From Bryobacterales bacterium (lineage in GTDB: Bacteria; Acidobacteriota; Terriglobia; Bryobacterales; UBA6623): DNA of 64,000 nt. Position 1 is the first letter of the stretch; every line of letters begins with the position of its first letter. This document shows, piece after piece, positions 59,339 through 64,000 of this stretch. The translations under genes were made by a program, and so were the position numbers. The DNA lies in the NCBI GenBank assembly GCA_963422375.2, contig OY729428.2:1408001-1472000 (forward strand), read 5' to 3'. The notes beneath the pieces were generated by a model, which saw only the letters and a program-made list of their open reading frames with translations, was not told the origin of the DNA and made no database searches.

Positions 59339-60472
59339 CTAGTTCCGCTTCCGACGCTTCTTCGGCTGCTCGAAGGTCGTCTCGAGTTTGCCGCTCAGGC
59401 TCTGCACCATCGCTTGGGCGCTGCCAGCATACGGCCCCTGGGGCTCCAGATCTATGTATTTCTGATACGCTTCGACCGTGCCGGGCGCCGGAATCACTGA
59501 TCCGTCCTCCTGCATCGTCGCCGTGCCGACCAGCGCGGTGGCGAGCTGGTAGTAGGCGTTGGCGAAGTCCGGTTGGACTTCCGTGGCCTTCGTGAAGGCG
59601 CTGATCGCGCCGTCGGTGTTGCCCGTGTTCACCATCACGGCGCCTAGGTTGAAGTAGTAGGTTCCGGCGTTCTCCGGGGCGAGCTGCGCGGCCGTCTCCA
59701 GCTCCGCCGATCCCTCCTCGATGCGCTCCAGTCGGACCAGCAGGAGGCCTAGGTTGTTGTGGTAGGCCGGGTCGGGCTTCAACGCGATGGCCTGCCGGTA
59801 GGCCTTGATCGCCTCCTCGCCCACTTGGTCGCGCTCCGCGCCGGTCTTGGTTGACACCAGCCCGGCCAGCGCCTCCGCCATGTTGCCCCAGATCACATCC
59901 TGCTCGGCATCGATCTCCGCCGCCGCGCGGAAGTGCTGCACGGCCACCTGGTAGTCCTTGAGGCGCTTGGCCTCCATGCCGGCGTTGAAGGCGTCGTTCA
60001 GCTTCTTGTTCTTGCTGATCTGCTGCTGGCGGGCCTTCAGTTGCTGCTCGTACTGCTTGCGCTGGGCCTCGCTCATCGCCGCCAGCTGATCCTTGGACGG
60101 CCCGGCGCCGGAGCTTGCGGCCTGGCTCTCCCTGCGGATCTCCCCCAAGTCGAAGTTGAGCGGCTTCTCCTCGCCCAGCTTGACCTGATAGCCGTTGATG
60201 CTGTAGACCTGCTTGCCGTCGATCTCGAGGCGCACCATGTACTGCCCGAGGGGCAGGCCCGCGTGGAAGAAGTTGCCCCGCTTGTTCGTCTTGACCTTGT
60301 AGTTGCCGCGCACGCCCACGCGCTCGATGAAGACCATGGCGTCGCGCAGGCCTTGGCCGTTCTCGTCGATCACCTTCCCGCGCACGGCGCCGGTCTGCGC
60401 CCAAGCGCCCGTGGCCAGCACGGTCAGGATCAGCGTCCCGAGGACGCAGCAGCGAATCGTGTTCCTTGGCAT
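59339..60472 (-). CDS. Carboxypeptidase-regulatory-like domain + TPR protein
   Basis: Signal peptide; AQTGAVRGKVIDENG...KTNKRG; TPRs (YHNNLG, YYFNLG, AYYQLA). Confidence 0.85.
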   Translation of the reverse strand: MPRNTIRCCVLGTLILTVLATGAWAQTGAVRGKVIDENGQGLRDAMVFIERVGVRGNYKVKTNKRGNFFHAGLPLGQYMVRLEIDGKQVYSINGYQVKLGEEKPLNFDLGEIRRESQAASSGAGPSKDQLAAMSEAQRKQYEQQLKARQQQISKNKKLNDAFNAGMEAKRLKDYQVAVQHFRAAAEIDAEQDVIWGNMAEALAGLVSTKTGAERDQVGEEAIKAYRQAIALKPDPAYHNNLGLLLVRLERIEEGSAELETAAQLAPENAGTYYFNLGAVMVNTGNTDGAISAFTKATEVQPDFANAYYQLATALVGTATMQEDGSVIPAPGTVEAYQKYIDLEPQGPYAGSAQAMVQSLSGKLETTFEQPKKRRKRN

Positions 60473-60616
60473 GACAGCGGTTTCCTTTCGATCAGAGCCC
60501 TTACGCTAACAGTAAGGATACAGTATCGCAGCGGCAGGGCTTGCGGCAACCCGTCGCGCCCGCGAGGCGCTCGCGTCGCTGCTAAGGTCGCCGCGTCCGA
60601 GACCTGCCCCCTGCCT

Positions 60617-62125
60617 ATGAGAGACGCGATTGCACCGCGGCGCGGTTACTCCGTCGGCCGTGCCATCTCGGGCGACTTCGCCGCCGAGGAATTCGGTCTC
60701 GCGGGCCGCGAGATGGTCGATTGGATCGCCGGCTACCTCGGAAGTGCCGACCGCGCCCCCGTTGTGCCATCCGTCGGCCCCGGCGAGCTCGTCGACAAGC
60801 TGCCGCACGACGCCCCCGCGGAGGGCGCGCCGCCAGCCGAGCTGCTCGCCGAGTTCGAGCGCGACATCCTGCCGCACGTCGTCCACTGGAACCATCCCGG
60901 CTTCATGGCCTACTTCGCGGCCGGCGGATCCTCTCCGGGGATCTTGGCCGAGGCGCTCTCCGCCGCGCTGACCAATGTCGGACTCCTCTGGCGCTCCTCC
61001 CCCGCCTCGGCGGAGCTGGAGCAGGTGACGCTGCGCTGGCTGGGCCGCTTGCTCGGCCTGCCGGGCGACTGGTTCGGGGTCATTCACGACACTGCCTCGA
61101 CGGCCAGCTTCCACGCGATTGTCGCCGCGCGGGAGCGCGCCGCTCGCGCGGCGCGCGACGCCGGAACAAGGCTCGACTTGAACCGGATCGTGATCTACGC
61201 CTCCGACCAGGCGCACTCGTCCGTCGAGAAGGCCATGCTGGCTCTCGGGCGAGGCGGGGATTCCTGCCGCAAGATCCCCTCCGACGGCCGGTACGCCATG
61301 CGGCCTCAAGTGCTGCGCGATGCCGTGGCCGCGGACATCCGGCAGGGCTTCGCACCCGTCGCCGTCGTGGCCACCGTCGGCACGACGCCCTCGGCCGCGG
61401 TGGATCCCGTCAAGGAGATCGCGGAGGTCGCCGCCGAGCGCTCGCTGTGGCTCCACGTGGACGCTGCCTACGCCGGCGCGTCCGCCATGCTTGACGAGCA
61501 GCGTCGGCATTTCGCCGGCTGCGATCGCGCCGACTCGTTCGTCGTGAACCCGCACAAGTGGCTGTTCGTGCCGATGGACATCTCGGCGCTCTACACCGCG
61601 CGCCCCGAGGACTTCCGGAACGCTCTGTCACTCGTCCCGGAGTACCTGCGCAGCCAGGACCACCCCAGGGCGGTGAATTTCATGGAGTACGCCGTCCCGC
61701 TCGGCAGGCGCTTCCGCGCGCTGAAGCTGTGGTACGTGCTACGGGCGTTCGGAGCGGACCGTCTGGCCGCTACGCTTCGGGAGCATATCCGCATCGCGCG
61801 CCTGCTGGCCGGCTGGGTCGAGGCTTCGCTGGACTTCGAGCTGCTCGCGCCCGTGCATTTCTCCCTCGTCTGCATCCGGCACCGGCCCGCGGGCGCGAGC
61901 GAGGCCGAGGCCGACGAGGCCAGCGAGGGACTTCTCCGCGCGGTCAACGCGAGCGGCGAGTTCTTCCTCTCGCATGCCAGGCTCTCGGGGCGGTACGCGA
62001 TCCGCGTTGCGATCGGCCACGTCCGCACCACTGAAGGGCACGTGCGGCGGCTGTGGGACCTCTTGCGGGATCTCGCCCGCGGTGCCGGGAGCGACCGGCG
62101 CGATGCCGTCGGCGCGGCCCGGTGA
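60617..62125 (+). CDS. PLP-dependent group II decarboxylase (aromatic-L-amino-acid decarboxylase-like)
   Basis: HWNHPGFMAYF, SPASAELE, AHSSVEKA, HVDAAYAG, NPHKW and RRFRALKLW motifs. Start uncertain. Confidence 0.9.
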   Translation: MRDAIAPRRGYSVGRAISGDFAAEEFGLAGREMVDWIAGYLGSADRAPVVPSVGPGELVDKLPHDAPAEGAPPAELLAEFERDILPHVVHWNHPGFMAYFAAGGSSPGILAEALSAALTNVGLLWRSSPASAELEQVTLRWLGRLLGLPGDWFGVIHDTASTASFHAIVAARERAARAARDAGTRLDLNRIVIYASDQAHSSVEKAMLALGRGGDSCRKIPSDGRYAMRPQVLRDAVAADIRQGFAPVAVVATVGTTPSAAVDPVKEIAEVAAERSLWLHVDAAYAGASAMLDEQRRHFAGCDRADSFVVNPHKWLFVPMDISALYTARPEDFRNALSLVPEYLRSQDHPRAVNFMEYAVPLGRRFRALKLWYVLRAFGADRLAATLREHIRIARLLAGWVEASLDFELLAPVHFSLVCIRHRPAGASEAEADEASEGLLRAVNASGEFFLSHARLSGRYAIRVAIGHVRTTEGHVRRLWDLLRDLARGAGSDRRDAVGAAR

Positions 62126-62223
62126 CGCTCGGGCCGAAGCCGAATGCGCCGACCTAGGGCCGCCCGGCGCGCCGGACGCCCCGCCGGGCAGCCCGCCTGT
62201 GTACAATTCATGCGGAAGGCAGC

Positions 62224-64000
62224 ATGACGAGTCGAACGGCAGTCCTAGCCCTCGGTATCGCGGCGGGAATCGCGATCCCCGCCGCTCCGCCGCTGCGGGC
62301 GACGGTCGAGGAGGCGCGCGAACTCGAGCGCTCCGGCGATCCCCGGGCCGCGCGGCAGGTGCTTGAAGACCTCGCGGCAGCCTCGCCGGCAGGCGTGGAT
62401 GCGCTGGTCGCCCGCGCCAGCTTCCTCGAACGGTACGGCGACCCGGCTGCCGTGGAAGCCTATGCCGCGGCGCTGGACGCGGTCGGCTCCTCGGACGCCG
62501 ACCTTGCCCGGAGGCTCCGGCGCCGGCTGGCCGTGGCAGCTCTCGCGCACGGCCGCGAGGACGCCGCGAGGGAAGCGATTCAAGCGCTGCGCCAGGCGGG
62601 CGTCGGCGGCCCGGACGGCTCCTCCGGGCCGGCCCCTGCCGGCGAATCCGTGGCCGTGCCCGGCACTCTCAACTCGTTCCGTCGCATGGCGGCGCTGTCC
62701 ACCGACATGCATATCGACGAGACGCTCGCGTCTCTCGGCCGCACGATCTTCACCGGCGGCTACCACGCGTCGCGCGGCAGCGGTGCTCTGGAGCCCACCG
62801 AGTATCTCAAGCTGCTGAAGCAGTACCTGACCCAAGCCCGCGAACTTGCGGCGTTCGCCGGTCCCGACCACTCGATCGACGTCCCGGTCTGCGAGTCGGC
62901 CGAGACCGCGCAGCTGCTCAAGATCATCGGCTACCGGCTGCGCGGCGAATGCGGCCCGGAGGCGGTCTTGGAGACGGTCAACCCGTCGCGCGCCTTTCTC
63001 GCGATCGATTCCGCCTTCCCGCTGGCCGACCTCGAGCTTGCCTTCCGGCGCGGCGAGGAATTCCGCTACCGCTTCGGCCCGACCCGGCTGCCCGTGCTGT
63101 TCGGGCGCGACTACTGGCTCGGTGCGGCCAAGGGCTCCGGCGGCACCTTCCTCGACACATTCATCGACTCCCCCGCGCTGGGCCGCCTGTACGTGGCGAT
63201 GTACAACCTGCACCGGCCCACGGCGATTGCGTTGCGCGAAACGGTGCCCGTCGAGCGCCTGCGGGACTACGCCCCCGTGCTCGACTTCTTCGGGGCGATG
63301 TTCGAGGTTCGGGACGGCCGGGCCGTGGTTCCCGGGGGCGCGCGGGCCGCGCCGGCGTGGGAGCGGCTGACCGGCACCAAGATCGGGCAGGGCGGACGCT
63401 TCTTCCAGCGGCTGATCGAGCTCGACGACGGCTGGCTGGCGGCGTTCTACGACTCCCTGGCGCGCGTGCAGGGGGAACGGGCCCGCGCCTACTTCCTTGA
63501 GCCCTCGCGCATCGAGCGCTTCTACAGCGCCGTGCGGGGGAAGGTCACCAGCCCCGGCCCGGCGCGACCGATCTTCCGGGCCAGCGCGGACCTGCTGCTG
63601 CTCTCGGCGCGGCTCGACTTCGACCGCGACGGCCAGCCGCGCATCCCCGGCGGCGTGGCGCCCTGGCGGGATCTGTTCGTCGAGCACCCGCACGGGAAGT
63701 ACGACGGCAGGCTGACCAAGTCCGCCGTCGGCTGGAAGGAGGCCGACGATGTGATCGAGGCGATGTTCGCGCTGTGCCGCAAGGCCATCGAGAACGAGCC
63801 GCTGCGCATCTTCCTGGCGGTCTCGGACATCGAGCGTCACCGGGCCACGCCCCTCTCCGCGGACACGGTCGAGCGCCTGATCCGGGCCTACCCCGTCCAC
63901 GGCGAGCAGTTCGCGCTGTACAACGATTCCCCGGACATTTCCGCGAGCGTGATGGCGGCCCATCTCGACACGATGGCGCGCCTGGACCGCATCGGCAACG
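62224..64000 (+). CDS. Large exported hypothetical protein, partial
   Basis: ATG 62224, signal peptide (MTSRTAVLALGIAAGIAIPAAPPLRA); open frame to the window end with typical codon usage. Confidence 0.75.
   Translation, partial: MTSRTAVLALGIAAGIAIPAAPPLRATVEEARELERSGDPRAARQVLEDLAAASPAGVDALVARASFLERYGDPAAVEAYAAALDAVGSSDADLARRLRRRLAVAALAHGREDAAREAIQALRQAGVGGPDGSSGPAPAGESVAVPGTLNSFRRMAALSTDMHIDETLASLGRTIFTGGYHASRGSGALEPTEYLKLLKQYLTQARELAAFAGPDHSIDVPVCESAETAQLLKIIGYRLRGECGPEAVLETVNPSRAFLAIDSAFPLADLELAFRRGEEFRYRFGPTRLPVLFGRDYWLGAAKGSGGTFLDTFIDSPALGRLYVAMYNLHRPTAIALRETVPVERLRDYAPVLDFFGAMFEVRDGRAVVPGGARAAPAWERLTGTKIGQGGRFFQRLIELDDGWLAAFYDSLARVQGERARAYFLEPSRIERFYSAVRGKVTSPGPARPIFRASADLLLLSARLDFDRDGQPRIPGGVAPWRDLFVEHPHGKYDGRLTKSAVGWKEADDVIEAMFALCRKAIENEPLRIFLAVSDIERHRATPLSADTVERLIRAYPVHGEQFALYNDSPDISASVMAAHLDTMARLDRIGN

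Noticed and set aside
62245..63963. 572 aa minus-strand ORF (also 23151-24992, 28354-30660, 4191-5618, 59933-60616)
   Set aside because: These are shadow ORFs of real genes in high-GC DNA, with low-complexity R/G/A/P or antisense-type composition.

Overview
High-GC bacterial chromosomal window. The gene repertoire suggests Acidobacteriota (Bryobacterales-like); this is an inference from FG-GAP/ASPIC-UnbV-TPR, carboxypeptidase-regulatory-TPR and TonB-receptor-type proteins, many sulfatases and Tat-exported oxidoreductases. Housekeeping and catabolic blocks (about 1-6.8, 23.3-29.9, 34.1-45.1 and 53.8-64 kb, including tRNA-Val(CAC)) alternate with decayed accessory regions. (i) 6.8-11.5 kb holds a dead hicAB pair and an astacin-family protease. 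(ii) 11.9-23.0 kb is an ~11 kb island between the two ends of a broken sulfatase. It carries IS30, IS1595 and ISNCY elements, sulfotransferase and TonB-receptor remnants, and an intact DUF6088/AbiEii toxin-antitoxin pair coupled to a truncated DISARM drmD. (iii) 30.1-33.5 kb is a MITE carrying IS30, followed by a single-ORF DUF6088-AbiEii fusion. (iv) 47.6-53.6 kb is an AAA-ATPase pseudogene hit by an ISNCY element and a second IS30-carrying MITE, plus a DUF1156 methylase remnant. The most unusual signals are two opposite-orientation IS30 insertions at the same site of a ~255 bp MITE, an antitoxin-toxin fusion ORF, and opposite mutational biases (T>C inside IS transposases, GC>AT in pseudogenes around insertion sites). 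No CRISPR array or rRNA was seen. All family calls come from motif recognition, not database searches.
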